Of a DNA stretch of 64,000 nucleotides, positions 13,594 through 26,900 are shown piece after piece. Source of the DNA: Prosthecobacter sp. (GTDB taxonomy: Bacteria; Verrucomicrobiota; Verrucomicrobiia; Verrucomicrobiales; Verrucomicrobiaceae); the NCBI RefSeq assembly GCF_049294395.1, contig NZ_JBAQCR010000151.1, positions 5,444 to 69,443 of the forward strand. The letters are read 5' to 3'. The notes beneath the pieces are model-generated. The model was not told where the DNA came from and ran no database searches. It saw only the letters and a list, made by a program, of their open reading frames with translations. Numbering within the stretch: the stretch's first letter is position 1; each line of letters begins with the position of its first letter. A program made the translations under genes and the position numbers.

Positions 13594-14799
13594 CTACGTC
13601 CTCGCCGCCCGTCCTCGATACGCCACGGCAAAGAACACACACACCGCCGCAGTCAGCGCCGTCTCTCCCCACCAAAAGCGGGGCCAGTCGGTGGTCTTGC
13701 CCACCGTGCAGGCATCAAACCACCAGCCACCGCCGAGGTAGCCGAGGAGATTACCCACACCGCTCATCAGCATGGCCAGCAGCGCCTGCGCGCGCACCCG
13801 CCATTTCGGATCAATGCGCTCCTCCAGGTAAATCTGTGTAGTGATGAAATAGAGCGTATAGGCAAAGCCGTGCAGAAAGGTGCCAAACACCACACTCGGC
13901 AGCGTGTTGAACGTATTGAGAGAGTAGCGCACCACACAGATCGCAATGCCGGAGAGGAAAACCCACTTCAACCGGAAACGCGTCAGCAATCCCGACAGCA
14001 GCAGCATGACCACCACCTCGGTCGTCTGACCAATCGAGATGACTGCGGAGATGTTCTGCACGCCAAGATCATGCAGCTGACGTGAAGTGTAGGGATAAAA
14101 AGCCGCCAGCGGAATGCAGTACAACGCCGCCGTCAGAAAGACCACCCGGTGATCCCGGTGTATAAGCAGCCCCAGCGCATCCAGGCCAAGGACCTGCTTC
14201 CAAGTTCGGTGCTGCACGATCTCCCCGGGCGGAATCATCGGCAGCCGCCATGTCAGCGTCATCACCACCAGCCACAGTCCCGCAGCGGTGACTCCTGCCA
14301 ACAACGATGCATCGGCACGCAGCACAAAGCTCACGATCCAGCAGCCGACCATCCAGCCCCCCGTTGCCCAGGCACGCAGCGGACCGAACTGAACCTTGGC
14401 ATCGTGCAGCTGGGAGAACACAATGCTGCTGGTCACGCTCCAGGCTGGCAAAGCCACAAGAGCCAGGATCTGCGCGCAGATCAAAACCGCCGCATCACTC
14501 CAGCCCCAGGCCAATGAACCACACGTGAGGAGCAGGGCAATGCTCGTTGCCGCTGTCAGCCACCGCAGCAGCAGCACCGGCGAGTGTTTTTGATCCGCCA
14601 GCGCTCCCACAAACAAAGGCGAGATGAACGCGGCGGTCGCAGTCGTGGCAAACACCCAGGGCACCAGATGCCCCCGGCCGTGCGCATTGAAGACGTTCGC
14701 CAGCGGCACACTCCACATCCCCATGGGCATCGCTGTGCAGAAAAACAGCGTCGCCAGCGATTTGCGGCTGGCCTTGGCATCCGGGGCGGGGTTGGACAT
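13594..14799 (-). CDS. MFS transporter, nucleoside:H+ symporter (NHS)-like
   Basis: About 12 hydrophobic segments. FLHGFAYTLYFITTQIYLEERIDPKWRVRAQAL resembles the NupG/XapB family. ATG at 14799; the track ORF extends to 14871. Confidence 0.7.
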   Translation of the reverse strand: MSNPAPDAKASRKSLATLFFCTAMPMGMWSVPLANVFNAHGRGHLVPWVFATTATAAFISPLFVGALADQKHSPVLLLRWLTAATSIALLLTCGSLAWGWSDAAVLICAQILALVALPAWSVTSSIVFSQLHDAKVQFGPLRAWATGGWMVGCWIVSFVLRADASLLAGVTAAGLWLVVMTLTWRLPMIPPGEIVQHRTWKQVLGLDALGLLIHRDHRVVFLTAALYCIPLAAFYPYTSRQLHDLGVQNISAVISIGQTTEVVVMLLLSGLLTRFRLKWVFLSGIAICVVRYSLNTFNTLPSVVFGTFLHGFAYTLYFITTQIYLEERIDPKWRVRAQALLAMLMSGVGNLLGYLGGGWWFDACTVGKTTDWPRFWWGETALTAAVCVFFAVAYRGRAART

Positions 14800-14933
14800 C
14801 GTTGTTATTTTTGAAATAAGCCGGGAGGCGGTAAACTCCAACAACGAGTCTGTAAAAAGCGTTGGTTGCACCCCCGGCTCACCTTTCCATCTTCCGCGAC
14901 CTTTCTACCTCCCCTCCCAACCTCCCCTTTCTC

Positions 14934-15866
14934 ATGGAAAACGTCATCATCATCGGCACCGGCTGCGCCGGATACACCGCAGCCATCTACACCGGCCGCG
15001 CGAACTTGAAGCCTCTGATCCTCTCTGGCAACATGCCCGGCGGCCAGCTCACCACGACCACGGAGGTCGAAAATTTCCCCGGCTTCCCGAACGGCATCAT
15101 GGGCCCGGAGCTGATGATGAACATGCAGACGCAGGCTGAAAAGTTCGGCGCACGCATCGAGTACGCCCTCGTCAGCAACGTCAAAAAGACCGCCGCAGGC
15201 CACTTCGAAGTGCACACCGACGGCGGCACCGTCTATGAGACCCACACGGTGATCGTCGCCACCGGCGCCTCCCCCAAGCACCTCGGCCTGCCAAACGAAA
15301 AGGGCCTCATCGGCCGTGGTTTGACCAGCTGCGCCACCTGCGACGGTGCCTTCTACCGCAACGTCCCCGTCTGCGTCATCGGCGGTGGCGACAGCGCCTG
15401 CGAAGAAGCCGGATTCCTCACCAAATTCGCCAGCACCGTCTATTTGATTCATCGCCGCGACGAATTGCGCGCCTCGAAAATCATGGCCGACCGCGCCCTC
15501 GCCAATCCGAAGATCAAACCGGTCTGGAACTCCACAGTCAGCGAATACCTGACCGACGAGAAGGGCGAAATGCGCGCCGTGACCCTCGAAAACCTCGTTA
15601 CGGGTGAAAAGAGCGAGCTGGAGCTGAAGTGCGTCTTCGTCGCCATCGGCCACGTCCCGAACGGCCAGTTCCTCGGCGATCTCGTCGACACCGACGAAGG
15701 CGGCTACATCCTGCAGACCGAAGGCACCCGCACCAAAACGGAGGGCCTCTTCGCCGCCGGTGACGTGGCCGACCATGTCTATCGTCAGGCCATCACCGCC
15801 GCGGGCCAGGGCTGTGCCGCCGCCCTCGAAGCGGAACGCTACCTCGCCGATCACGGCGTGCATTGA
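14934..15866 (+). CDS. trxB: Thioredoxin-disulfide reductase
   Basis: GTGCAGYTAAIY FAD site. Redox-active CATCDG. GGGDSACEEA NADPH site. I use the ATG at 14934 (MENVIIIG). Confidence 0.94.
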   Translation: MENVIIIGTGCAGYTAAIYTGRANLKPLILSGNMPGGQLTTTTEVENFPGFPNGIMGPELMMNMQTQAEKFGARIEYALVSNVKKTAAGHFEVHTDGGTVYETHTVIVATGASPKHLGLPNEKGLIGRGLTSCATCDGAFYRNVPVCVIGGGDSACEEAGFLTKFASTVYLIHRRDELRASKIMADRALANPKIKPVWNSTVSEYLTDEKGEMRAVTLENLVTGEKSELELKCVFVAIGHVPNGQFLGDLVDTDEGGYILQTEGTRTKTEGLFAAGDVADHVYRQAITAAGQGCAAALEAERYLADHGVH

Positions 15867-15942
15867 TTGACGCTGGACAGATGCGCTGCGGCAAGGCATA
15901 TGAATCGCGGCTTCCCAAGCCGCGCACACGTAACCCTTACGC

Positions 15943-16557
15943 ATGAGTCAATTGGTAATCCCCCCAGCCGTCCGCCTCGCTCTACTTTCCGCACTTGCTC
16001 TGCTGGCCTCCTGCCAGAGCTCGTCTTCGCGTGGACAGACGCAGTACCTCGAAGCCTTCTCCACCACAAGCGTCCCGCATTCCGCGCTGTACAATGCGGA
16101 CCAGGACTCCTACTGGGATGGCGACGGCATGTCCGGCGCGCCCAGCATCATCATCGATATCAGCGACCAGAAGGCCTACTTTTACAAAGGCGGTGCGCTC
16201 GCGGGTGTCTCCGCTCTATCCACTGGCGACGAACGGCACGCCACCAAAACTGGCAACTTCAAGATCTTCGAGAAGGACCAGTGGCACAAATCCAATCTCT
16301 ACGGCGACTTTGTGGACAGCGCAGGAAACGTCGTCCAGGCCAACGTGGACGTCACCAAGGACAAGGCGCCTCCCGGCACACGGTTCGAGGGCTCCAAGAT
16401 GCACCACTTTATGCGCTTCGTCGGCGGCATCGGCATGCACGAGGGATTCCTCCCCGGCTACGCCGCTTCCCACGGGTGCGTCCGCATGCCTCCGCACATG
16501 GCGGCCATTTTTTACAACAACGTCTCCAAAGGCACCCCCGTCACGGTTCGTCCCTGA
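15943..16557 (+). CDS. L,D-transpeptidase (YkuD domain) lipoprotein
   Basis: Lipobox-like LLASCQS. Catalytic motif SHGCVRMP near the C-terminus. Confidence 0.85.
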   Translation: MSQLVIPPAVRLALLSALALLASCQSSSSRGQTQYLEAFSTTSVPHSALYNADQDSYWDGDGMSGAPSIIIDISDQKAYFYKGGALAGVSALSTGDERHATKTGNFKIFEKDQWHKSNLYGDFVDSAGNVVQANVDVTKDKAPPGTRFEGSKMHHFMRFVGGIGMHEGFLPGYAASHGCVRMPPHMAAIFYNNVSKGTPVTVRP

Positions 16558-16578
16558 TGCTTCGCTGCTGCTGAAATC

Positions 16579-16923
16579 ATGACACCGGAAACACCGCTCG
16601 AAATCGACCCTACGGATGTCAGCAATCTGCTGCAGCATCCCGGCGAGCGCACCTTCCGGCTCATCGACTGCCGCGAAGAAAGCGAATGGCAGATCTGCCA
16701 CCTGCCGCACGCGCAGCTCGTCCCTCTCTCACGCTTCGGTGAGCTGGTGCCCCAGGTGTTCACCGACACTCAGGAGCACGTCATCATCTACTGCCACCAC
16801 GGCATGCGCAGCCTCCGCGCCGCCCAGTTTCTGCGGCAGCATGGCTTCGCCCGTGCCCAGAGCATGAGCGGCGGCATTGACGCATGGTCGGACATGGTCG
16901 ACCCCGCTACGCCACGTTACTGA
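16579..16923 (+). CDS. Rhodanese-like sulfurtransferase domain protein
   Basis: 114 aa. Active-site loop CHHGMRS. IDCREESEW and GGIDAWS are typical of single-domain rhodaneses. Confidence 0.8.
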   Translation: MTPETPLEIDPTDVSNLLQHPGERTFRLIDCREESEWQICHLPHAQLVPLSRFGELVPQVFTDTQEHVIIYCHHGMRSLRAAQFLRQHGFARAQSMSGGIDAWSDMVDPATPRY

Positions 16924-17002
16924 CACACATCCGGGTGAGTTTGCTGTGGCACCCAGTGCCTGCGCGACTACCCTCACGCTACCCCCGCACACGCACCCAC
17001 GC

Positions 17003-17977
17003 ATGGTACGACTCATCACACAGCAAGGACAGCTCATCGACTGGAATGACGAAAAGACACATCCGTTCCCGGATAATCTCGTCTTCCTCGATTTGCTGAA
17101 TCCCGGCCGTGCTGAGGAGCTGGAAGCGGAAAAATGGCTCGAATACCAGCTCCCCACGCGTGAAGAAATGCAGGAGATCGAGGAATCCAGCCGACTCTAC
17201 ACCGAGAAGGGCACGCTCTACATGACCGCGTGGCTGCCCGTCGGACTGGACAACCCGGATCCTGACAACACGTCCATTTCCTTCGTCATCGCGCCCGACT
17301 GCCTCACCACCGTGCGCTATGCCGACCCGCTGTCCTTCCGCATACTCGCAGATCAGGCGAAGCGCCAGTGCACCCTGCCCCTGACCAGCGATGCCGTTTT
17401 CCTCCTCCTGCTGGAGCTCATCGTCGCCCGCATTGCCGATGCGCTGCAGGGTGTCGAAGGCGACATGAAAAAAATCTGCCGCGACATCTTCAGCCTCGAT
17501 CCGCACAAAGCGCACGCCGCGATGGAAAAAGACCTCAGCGATGTCGTCAAGCTGCTGGGCCGCCGCAGCGCCCTCGTCGCCAACGTGCGTGAGAGCCTCC
17601 TCAGCATCAGCCGCATGCTGCAGTATTTCCTCAACAACGCCGCCAGTTGGATGCGCGGAGACCTCGCCGCGCAGTTCCGCAGCGTCATGCGCGACATCAA
17701 GAGCATGGACGACTACACCAACCAGCAGACCCAGGAAATGACCTTCCTGCTGGAGTCCACCCTCGGCCTCATCAACATCCAGCAGAACCAGATCATCAAG
17801 ATCTTCACCGTCGCCAGCGTGCTCTTCATGCCGCCGACCCTCATCGCCAGCATCTACGGCATGAACGTCGGCCTGCCCGCCGCCACCAACGGCTGGGCCT
17901 TCCTCCTCGTCATGATCATGATCGTGCTCTCCGCGATCCTGCCCATCGTCTACTTCAAGCGCAAGCGACTGCTGTAA
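17003..17977 (+). CDS. corA: Magnesium/cobalt transporter CorA
   Basis: YGMNV (GMN) motif between two C-terminal TM helices. I use the ATG at 17003; the track ORF from 16877 overlaps the rhodanese gene. Confidence 0.85.
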   Translation: MVRLITQQGQLIDWNDEKTHPFPDNLVFLDLLNPGRAEELEAEKWLEYQLPTREEMQEIEESSRLYTEKGTLYMTAWLPVGLDNPDPDNTSISFVIAPDCLTTVRYADPLSFRILADQAKRQCTLPLTSDAVFLLLLELIVARIADALQGVEGDMKKICRDIFSLDPHKAHAAMEKDLSDVVKLLGRRSALVANVRESLLSISRMLQYFLNNAASWMRGDLAAQFRSVMRDIKSMDDYTNQQTQEMTFLLESTLGLINIQQNQIIKIFTVASVLFMPPTLIASIYGMNVGLPAATNGWAFLLVMIMIVLSAILPIVYFKRKRLL

Positions 17978-17995
17978 AACAGGCGCGGCCGCCGG

Positions 17996-20900
17996 CTAGA
18001 ACTGGTAGCTGAAGCGGATGCTGCCAAAGTGCGCCTGCAAATCATGGCGGAAGAACTGCCCCTGATAGGACAGCATGAGGCTGAACCGGTCGGTGAATGC
18101 AAGGCTCACCCCAAGTCCGGCCACCAGATAATCCTGACCAGGAGCCTGCTGGTCGCCAGTGGAGGAGAAGGGCACATTGATCAGTGACACACTGGTGCCG
18201 TTGTTGTTTTTGATGTTCTGCCGCTCATAGCTCAGACGCACCTGCGGTGTGATCGTCCCAAAGCTTGCCTTGATCTGCTTGGAGGCAGACCAGCCAACCC
18301 GGCTGACCAGAGATTGATAACTCTGCGCGTTGTAATGCAAGGCCGCCAGACCGCCGCCAGTTTCATTGTAGGCGTCAATCGAACCATGCAAGTAGTCCAC
18401 GCCTGCGAAGGGGCCGGTGACCAGCGTATCATTCTGGAAACGCATGTTCCAGCCTGTGTTGTACTGCACCGAGTGCGTGTAGGTGCGGGTTGAGCCAAAG
18501 GCCGTCGGGAATGCCACCCCAGTGTTGCGAATGGAGTCCATCTGGTAGGTGCCAAAGCTGTAGAGCAGGCTGTTCCAGAAGCCGCCACGCACATAGGAGA
18601 CGTAAGCAGACAGCGCCGGACCTTCGAGATGCAGGCTGCCTGCATTGCCGGTGTACCCCTGGCTGCTCTGCAGGAAGGATGCGGCAAATCCGAGGGTCAG
18701 CCCCCGTGAGAAATGACGCTCTGCACCGACGCCCGAAGCCCACGAGTCAATCTGCACACCTGACTGCGTGCGGATGGGATTGAGTTTGACGTTGCCGTAA
18801 TTCACCGTGGCAAACACTTCCCATTGGCGGGAGCGCGCCACCCGTTTGGCTATGGGCGAGGCCTTCTTGGGATCACCGTCCCCTTCACCGACAATGACCC
18901 CGTCATCAAGTGCAGCGGTGATGGAGCCTGAATCGTCGTCCTCTTCACCACCACCAGCCCGAAGATTGAAGAGGTGCCCGTTCAGATCATTCGTCACGGT
19001 GTTGCCACCGGACACCAGCGCCTGCACTTCGACAGCGGCAAGTGCCAGACCGCCATTCGTGTCGATGATGGAGAACACACCATTGCTCTGGTCGAGGTAG
19101 CTAGTGAAGCCGCTCGCCAGGTGCAGGCTGCTGTCATTCAAAGCCAGACTGGCCGCGAAGCTCCCCGCATTGGCATCGCCGCTGTTGAGGTGAACCAGCT
19201 GCCATTGGTCGCCGCCGCGGAAGTTCGTCATGTCATTGGGATTACCGATGACGACCGTGCCGCCAGCCGTGGCATCCACCTTGCCATGCAGATTGATGGA
19301 ATCTGCTGCCGTGGCATTGCCGGTGTTGTTACCCAAACCCGCGCCACTGAACAAATCCAGCCGGATCACGCTGCCAGCCCCCATCACCACGGCTCCCGAG
19401 CCCGATGTGGTGAGCGCGAAATTCGTCGGCGTCGCCGCCACTCCTGGATCACCCACGCTGAACGTGCCATTGATGAACATGGACTGGTTCACCGCCGTGG
19501 TGATGGCACCGGTTCCAGCCAGCATGCTGTCACTGCTGAGGTCCAGCCGCGTCGTGGTCACCGATGCATTGGCAATCAAGGCAGCGCTGTTCTGCACCGT
19601 GGTGGGACCGCTGTAGTCGCTGTCGGCGCTGACCACCAGCGTCGTTCCATCCACCACAAGATCGGAACTGGCGCTGGCTCCACTGATGCCTGTGCCGCTC
19701 ACATACACCGTCCCGCCTCCCGTGATGGTGAGCACCGTGCCGTCCTTCACCAGACCGCCCGTGAGGTTCAAGATACCACCACCCGCATTGATGCTGGCAT
19801 TCGTTTCCGCAGTGATCGCCCCAGTGTAGGTGCTCGTGCCGCTGTTGCGTAGCGCACCGCTACTGCCCGTACCGCTGCCATTAAGAGAAAGGGATTCGGC
19901 AGTACTGTAGTTCACGTTGTTGAGCAGCAGTGTCGCACCACTGCTCACCGTGGTGCCCGCGTCTGCTGTGCCCAGCGCATTGTTGTGGGTCACTTCCAAT
20001 GTACCTGCGCGGACGTTCGTCGTGCCCGTGTAGGTGTTGTCGCCATTGAGTGTCAGCGTGCCGCTGCCGGCCTGGGTCACCCCGCCGCTGCCGCTGATCA
20101 CACTGGCAAAATCGCTTCCCTGAACCACTCCATCCGTGCGATTGAATGCCAGCGTGCCATTGCTGATGAGCGCACTGCTCGTGGACAGCGAACCCGTCGT
20201 GCCACCGTTGCCGATCTGCAGCACTCCCGCACCGATCGTCGTGGCACCAGTGTAGCTGTTCGCCCCGGTGAGAACCCAGGTGCCAGCACCAGTCTTCGTC
20301 AGCGCGGTGGCATCCCCATTGTCGCCGATGATTGCGGCAAGGATGTTGCCACCCGTGTTTGTCCCGGTGAGGGTCAACGTGCGAACGCCGCTCTGACCGT
20401 TGAAGTCCATGCTACCGGTGTTCGTAAAATTCACAGCTCCGGTGCCAGAAGCATCCAGCGTGCCTCCGCTGCTGCCAATGCTGAACAGCCGGTCCGTGCT
20501 GGTGGCTCCGCCGGTGTACTGCAAGGTGCCGCCATTGAGCACCAAGTTGGACGCGGCATTGGTGGATGCCCCCACGTTGCTGCTGGCACCACCATCTGCG
20601 AGGACCGCCACACTGAGCACCCCTGCGTTGATCGTCGTGCTGCCTGTATAACTGCTGGTTCCAGTCAGCGTGGTGGTCCCGGAACCCGCCTGGGTGAATG
20701 AACCGCTGCCGCCGATCGCATTGGCAATGGTGAGGGCATCCGAACGGTTGATGATGAGGCTGGCGTTGTTGATCACTGCTCCCGTACCAAGCGTCCCCGT
20801 CGTACCGCCCGAGCCGATCTGAAGCTCGCCCGCGCTGATGGTGGTGGTTCCAGTGTAGGTGTTGCTGCCGGTGAGCGTGAACTTCCCCGAACCTTCCTTG

Positions 20901-23900
20901 ACCAGTGACAACGCTCCTGCGCCACCGTCCCGAATGACCCCGCTGAAGATGGTGCTGGAGTTGTTGCTGCTGGTCGTCAGGGTGGCCGCAGTGGTGGAAT
21001 TGTTTTGCACGGTGCCTGAGCCGGCCAGCGAGCCGATCCGCGTGTTCAGTCCATTCAGCTCCAAGGTGGCATGCGCCCCCACAATGATGGCCGATGCCAG
21101 ATTGCTGCCGCCGATTTGCAGCACCCCGGAACTGACCGTCGTGGCTCCCGTGTAGGTGTTGGCTCCGGTGAGCAGCCAGGTGGCATCACCTTCAATGCTC
21201 ACCGAGGTGGCCCCGCCAAAGTCACCAATGGCTGCGGCGATGATGTTCACCCCTGTCGCGTTCGTTCCGGAAAGCACCAGCGTGCGCGCACCACTCTCGC
21301 CATTGAACCCCATGCTGCCCGTGTTGGTAAAGTTCAGGTTGCCGCTGCCGGACACATCAATGCCCCCGCTGCCGAGCCCCAGGCTGAACAAGCGATCCGT
21401 GCTCAGGTTCGCGCTGCCTGTGTATTGCAGTGTGCCACCATTGATCACGAGATTGGTTGCCGCACTGCTGGAGGCACCGATGCCGCTGTTCGTCCCGCCG
21501 TTGGCAAGGGTCGTCACATTGAGCACCCCTGAGGTGATCGTCGTCACCCCGGTGTATGAATTGCTTCCGCTGAGCGTGGTCGTGCCCGCGCCTGCCTGGG
21601 TGAATGTTCCGTTGCCGCTGATGGTGTTGGCAATCGTCACTGCATTCGAACGGTTGACGACAAGGCTGGCGTTGTTGGTCACCGCACCGCTGCCCAGCGT
21701 GCCGGTGGTGCTGCCACTGCCGACTTGCAGCACTCCCGCGCTGACGGTTGTGGTGCCGGAGTACGTGTTCGTTCCCGTGAGCACCCAGGTGCCGGCCCCA
21801 GATTTCACCAGCGCTGTGGCACCACCGTTGTCGCCGATGGCTGCGGCAATCGTGTTGTTGCCGGTGTTCGTTCCGGTGAGGGTCAAAGTACGGGCACCGC
21901 TCTGGCTGTTGAATCCCATGCTGCCCGTGTTGGTGAAATTCACCGCGCCAGTGCCTGAGGAATCCAGCGTGCCGCCGGAGGTCGTGACCGTGAACAGTTT
22001 GTCCGTGGAAACTGCGGCGCCAGTGTAGCGCAGCGTGCCGCCGTTGAGGATGAGGCTGGAGGCCGCGTTGCTGGCGGCACCGATGTTGCTGGCCACCCCA
22101 CCGTTCGCCAGTGAGGAAACGCTCAGCACCCCGGCGCTGACGACCGTGCCGCCGGTGTAGGTGTTTGCCCCCGTCAGCGTGAGCGTGCCAGAACCGTTCT
22201 TGTTGAAAGCCAAAAAGGCGCTGCCGCCATTCTGTATGAGTCCGTCAAAGGTCGTGCTCAGGGTGCCGCCAGAGTTCAAGGTCGCCCCCGTGGACGTGCC
22301 GTTCTGCACCGTGCCCGATCCGGAGAGGGTGCCGATGGCATTGGTAAAGCCATTGATTTCGAGAATAGCACCGCTCTCGAGCGTGACTGCGGAAGAATTG
22401 CTGAAAACATAGGATCCACCCGCCTGAAGTTTTCCTGCGTTGATCAGGGTGGCACCCGTGTAAGTGTTCGCACCTGAAAGCATCCAGGTGCCAGCACCTG
22501 ACTTCGTCAGCGAAGTGGAGCCGCCGTTGTTGCCGATCACTGCAGCAAGGGTGTTGCTGCCGGTGTTCGTGCCGGTGAGGGTCAGCGTGCGTGCGCCGCT
22601 CTGGCTGTTGAAGCCCATGCTGCCGGTGTTGGTGAAGTTCACCGTGCCGCTGCCTGAGGCATCCAGCGTACCGCCGCTGATCCCCACGCTGAACAACCGG
22701 TCTGTGCTGGACCCGATTCCCGTGTATTGCAGCGTGCCGCCATTGAGCACCAAGTTGGTGGAGATGGAGGCGGCAGCGCCAATGCTGCTGTTGCTGCCTC
22801 CGTTGAACAGCGTGACGGCTTTGAGCACCCCGCTGTTGATCGTGGTCACTCCGGTGTATCCGTTGCTTCCGCTCAGCAGCCAGGTGCCGGCACCGGACTT
22901 CGTGATTGCTGTGGCTCCGCTGTTGTCACCGATCAGAATGGAGATGGTGTTGCTGCCGGTGTTGGTTCCGGTGAGGGTCAGTGTGCGCGCGCCATTCTGA
23001 CTGTTGAAGCCCATGATGCCCACACTGGTAAAGTTCACCGCACCACTGCCCGATGAGTCCAGCGCACTGCCCGCCGCGGTTCCCACGCTGAAGACGCGGC
23101 TGGTGCTGACAGCACCTCCCGTGTACTGCAGCGTGCCGCCGTTGAGCACCAGATTGGTCACGGCATTGGTGGCCGCACCGATGCCGCTGGCAGAACCACC
23201 ATTGGCAAGACTGGAAATGGACAGCACACCACCATTGATCGTTGTGGCCCCGGTGTAAGAATTCGCACCAGACAGCACCCAGGTGCCGGCGCCGCTTTTC
23301 ACCAAGGCGGTGGAACCGGTGTTGTCACCGATGACAGCAGCGAGGGTGTTGCTGCCCGTGTTCGTGCCCGTGAGGGTCAAGGTACGTGCGCCAGTCTGGC
23401 TGTTGAGCCCCATGCTGCCTGTGTTGGTGAAATTCACCGCCCCGGTGCCGGAGGCATCCAGCGTGCCACCGCTGCTGCCAATGCTGAAGAGACGATCCGT
23501 GCTGACAGCGGCACCCGTATATTTCAAAACAGCGCTTGTGTTGTTCAGGATGAGGTTTGTGGCGGCGTTGCTGGAGGCACCGATGTTGCTGGCACTGCCA
23601 CCATCCGCCAGGGTCGAAATACTCAAGGTGCCGCCCGTGATGGTAGTCGCGCCGGTATAAGTGCTGCTGCCCGACAGCGTCAGCGTTGTGATCGCCCCCA
23701 TTTTGGTCAGGAACAGGGTGCCAGTACCGCCGTCCTGAAGCACGCCGCTGAATGCGCTGCTGATGTTTCCACTGACGATCAAACCCGAATTGTTGCTGCT
23801 GCCATTTTTTACAATCCCTGAGCCGGAAATCGAGCCGACTGCGGCTCCCAAAGGATTCCCGTTGGTGGCCAATGTACCACCGCTGTTGACGATCATCGCG

Positions 23901-26900
23901 GACGCATTCCCCAGTCCGCTGGCAACCCCGGCAGAGAGAATCCCCGCGTTCACCGTGGCACTGCCCCAGTTGTTGCTCAGACCGCTGAGGGTTGTGGTTC
24001 CCGTGCCGTTCTGGATCAAAGCACCTGTTCCGCTCATGGTGCCGGAAATCGTGATCGCATTGGATCGGTTGATGATGAGCGTGCCATTGTTGGTGATCGT
24101 CCCGCTGCCAAGCGTTCCCGTCGTACCACCGTCGCCTATCTGCAGTGTGCCGGCACTGATCGTGGTCACACCGGCATAGCTGTTGGCACCAGTCAGAATG
24201 GTCGTACCCGTTCCAGCCTGGGTGAGCGCACCTGTGCCGCTGATGCTGTTTGAAATGGTGACACTGTCAGAGCGTTTAAAGGTCAGGTTGGCATTGTCCG
24301 TCACTGCGCCGCTGCCGAGCGTGCCGGTGGTGCCGCCGCTTCCGACCTGCAGCACCCCGGTGCTGATAGTCGTCGTCCCCGTGAAGTTGTTCGTTCCAGT
24401 CAGCACCCAGGTGCCGACACCAGATTTCGTCAGCGAAGTGGCGCCACCATTATCTCCGATCGCAGCAGCGAGTGTATTGGCCCCCGTGTTCGTACCCGTC
24501 AGCGTCAAAGTGCGCGCACCGGTCAGACTGTTGAACCCCATGCTGCCTGTGTTCGTGAAATTCACCGCCCCTGTGCCTGAGGCATTCAGCGTGCCGCCCA
24601 AGGTGCCGATGCCAAACAAACGGTCCGTGGAGGAACCGGCGCCGGTGTATTTGAGAATGCCATTGTTGAGGACGATGTTGGTTGCCGAATTGCTGGCCGC
24701 CCCCAGATTGCTGGCCACACCACCGTCAGCGAGGGTCGCAACAGAAAGAGTCAGCCCGCCCGCAATGCTTGTCACGCCTGTGTACGTGTTGGTTCCGCTC
24801 AGGGTGTGCGAACCGGCATTCACCGTGACCCCGCCCGTTCCGCTGATGGTTTGTGACAGGGTGAGGCCGGCCGTGTTGTTCAGCATGAGCGTGCCATTGT
24901 CCACAATGTCCCCGCTGATGGAGCCGCTGCTGCCAAAGTTCCCAAGGATCAATGTGCCTCCGCTGATGGTGGTCAGGCCCGTGTAAGTATTGTTTCCGGT
25001 CAGCATCCAGGTGCCTGTGCCAGATTTGATCAGAGACGTGGCACCTCCGTTGTCGCCAATCACTGCAGCGAGGACATTGCCCCCACCATTGGTCCCCGTC
25101 AATGTCAGGGTGCGAGCACCAGACTGCCCGTTGAACCCCATGCTGCCCGTGTTCGTAAAACTCAGCACGACTCCGGAGGAGTCGAGCGTGCCCCCTGAGG
25201 TTCCCACGCTGAACAACCGGTCGATGCTCACGGCACTACCGCCCGTGTACTTCAAAGTTCCGCCGTTGAGAACGAGGTTGGTTGCCACATTGGAAGACGC
25301 GCCAATGTTGCTGTTGCTCCCGCCATTCGCAAGGAATGTGACGTTCACAACCCCCGCATTGATGACCGTCACACCAGTATATGAATTGCTCCCGCTCAGC
25401 GTGGTGGTGCCGGCACCCGCCTGAGTCACCGAACCGCTGCCGCTGATGGCATTGGCCACCGTCAGACTGTCAGAACGATTGAAAGTCAGATTGCCATTGT
25501 CGGTGACTGCCCCGCTGCCCAGGGTGCCGCTGGTGCCGCCATTCCCCACCTGCAGCACACCGCCGCTGATCGTCGTCACCCCCGTGTACGTGTTGTTGCC
25601 CGCAAGCACCCATTTTCCGGTTCCAGACTTGGTCAGCGCGGTCGCCCCCGAATTGTCGCCAATCACCGGCGTCATCGTGTTGTCCTGCGCATTGCTGCCG
25701 CTCAAGACGAGTGTCCTTGCTCCAGTCGAGGAGCCAAATCCCATGGCTCCCGTATTGGTAAACACCAGCGCCCCGCTGCCGGACGCGTCAATGGTCGCCA
25801 CAGGATTGGCCGTGCCCGTGGGCACTTCAAACAGGCGGTCCGTCGAAGCTCCCGTCCCCACATATTTCAACGTGCCCAGATTGGTGATGGACAGATTGCC
25901 TGCAGCAGAACTCGAAGCCCCGATGCTGCTGGCCACCCCGCCATTTTTAATGTCACTCACCGTCACAACTCCCCCGTTGCTGATGATGCGGGTCACCCCG
26001 GTGTAAGTATTGGTGCCGCTCAGCGTCAGAGCTGTGTTTCCATTGCTGGTCACGCCACCAGCACCGCTGATGGTCTGCGCCAGATTCACCGATCCCGAAC
26101 GCGAGACAAACAATGTCCCTCCAGTGTTGATGATAATGTTCCCGGAGCCAATGCTCCCGGTGCTGCCACCCACGATGCCAATCGACACCGCGCCTCCGTT
26201 GATCGTTGTCGTCCCTGTGTATGCATTGTTGTCATTGGTCAGCCGAAGCGTCCCAAACGTGTTTGCCTTCACCACAGAAGTCGCGCCACCGTTGTCACCG
26301 ATGCCGCTGGCCAGCGAAATGATGCCGCCGGCGGTGCTGTTGCTGAATGCGAAGGTCAGCGTGCGCGCGCCAGATTCACCATTGAATCCCAGGTTGCCTG
26401 TGTTGGTAAAGTTGAGTGTTCCAGTCACAGGAAGAGCGATGGTGCCGCCTGCGGTGCCCACACCAAACAAACGGTCCGTGTTCGCGGTGATGGTGTTGGC
26501 ATACTGCAGTGTGCCACCTTTGAGGACCAGATTGGCCGCCTCATTTGTAGAAGCACCTATGTTGCTGCTGCTGCCTCCGTTGGCCAGCGCGGTCACGCTG
26601 AGCACACCGCTGCTGATGGTGGTCGCCCCCGTGTAGGTGTTCATGGCAGAGAGCGTCAGTGATCCCGTGCCGTTCTTGGTCAGGCCGGAGCTGCCGCCGA
26701 GCACAGCGCCGATGATCGTATTCGCATTGGTGGTGATCGTTGAATTCGCAAGCGTCAGCGTATTCCCGCCACCCAGCACAGTGTACGCAGAATTAAACAC
26801 CATGTTCCCTGCCGTCACAGCGCCCCCAAGTGTCACCGTACCCGCCGTCCCGCCAAAGATCGCAGAGTCCGGCGTGGAGTTGTTCCAGAGGGTGTCACCA

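Noticed and set aside
14880-14933. Pyrimidine-only leader (ctacctcccctcccaacctcccctttctc) before trxB, and a CA-rich leader (caaccaaccacaaccacacaatatt, minus strand at 60735-60760) before fdhA, as possible special regulatory elements.
   Set aside because: Most genes in the window lack a Shine-Dalgarno sequence. These leaders are therefore more likely to reflect the general SD-independent initiation style of the lineage than gene-specific regulators. They are noted but not called.
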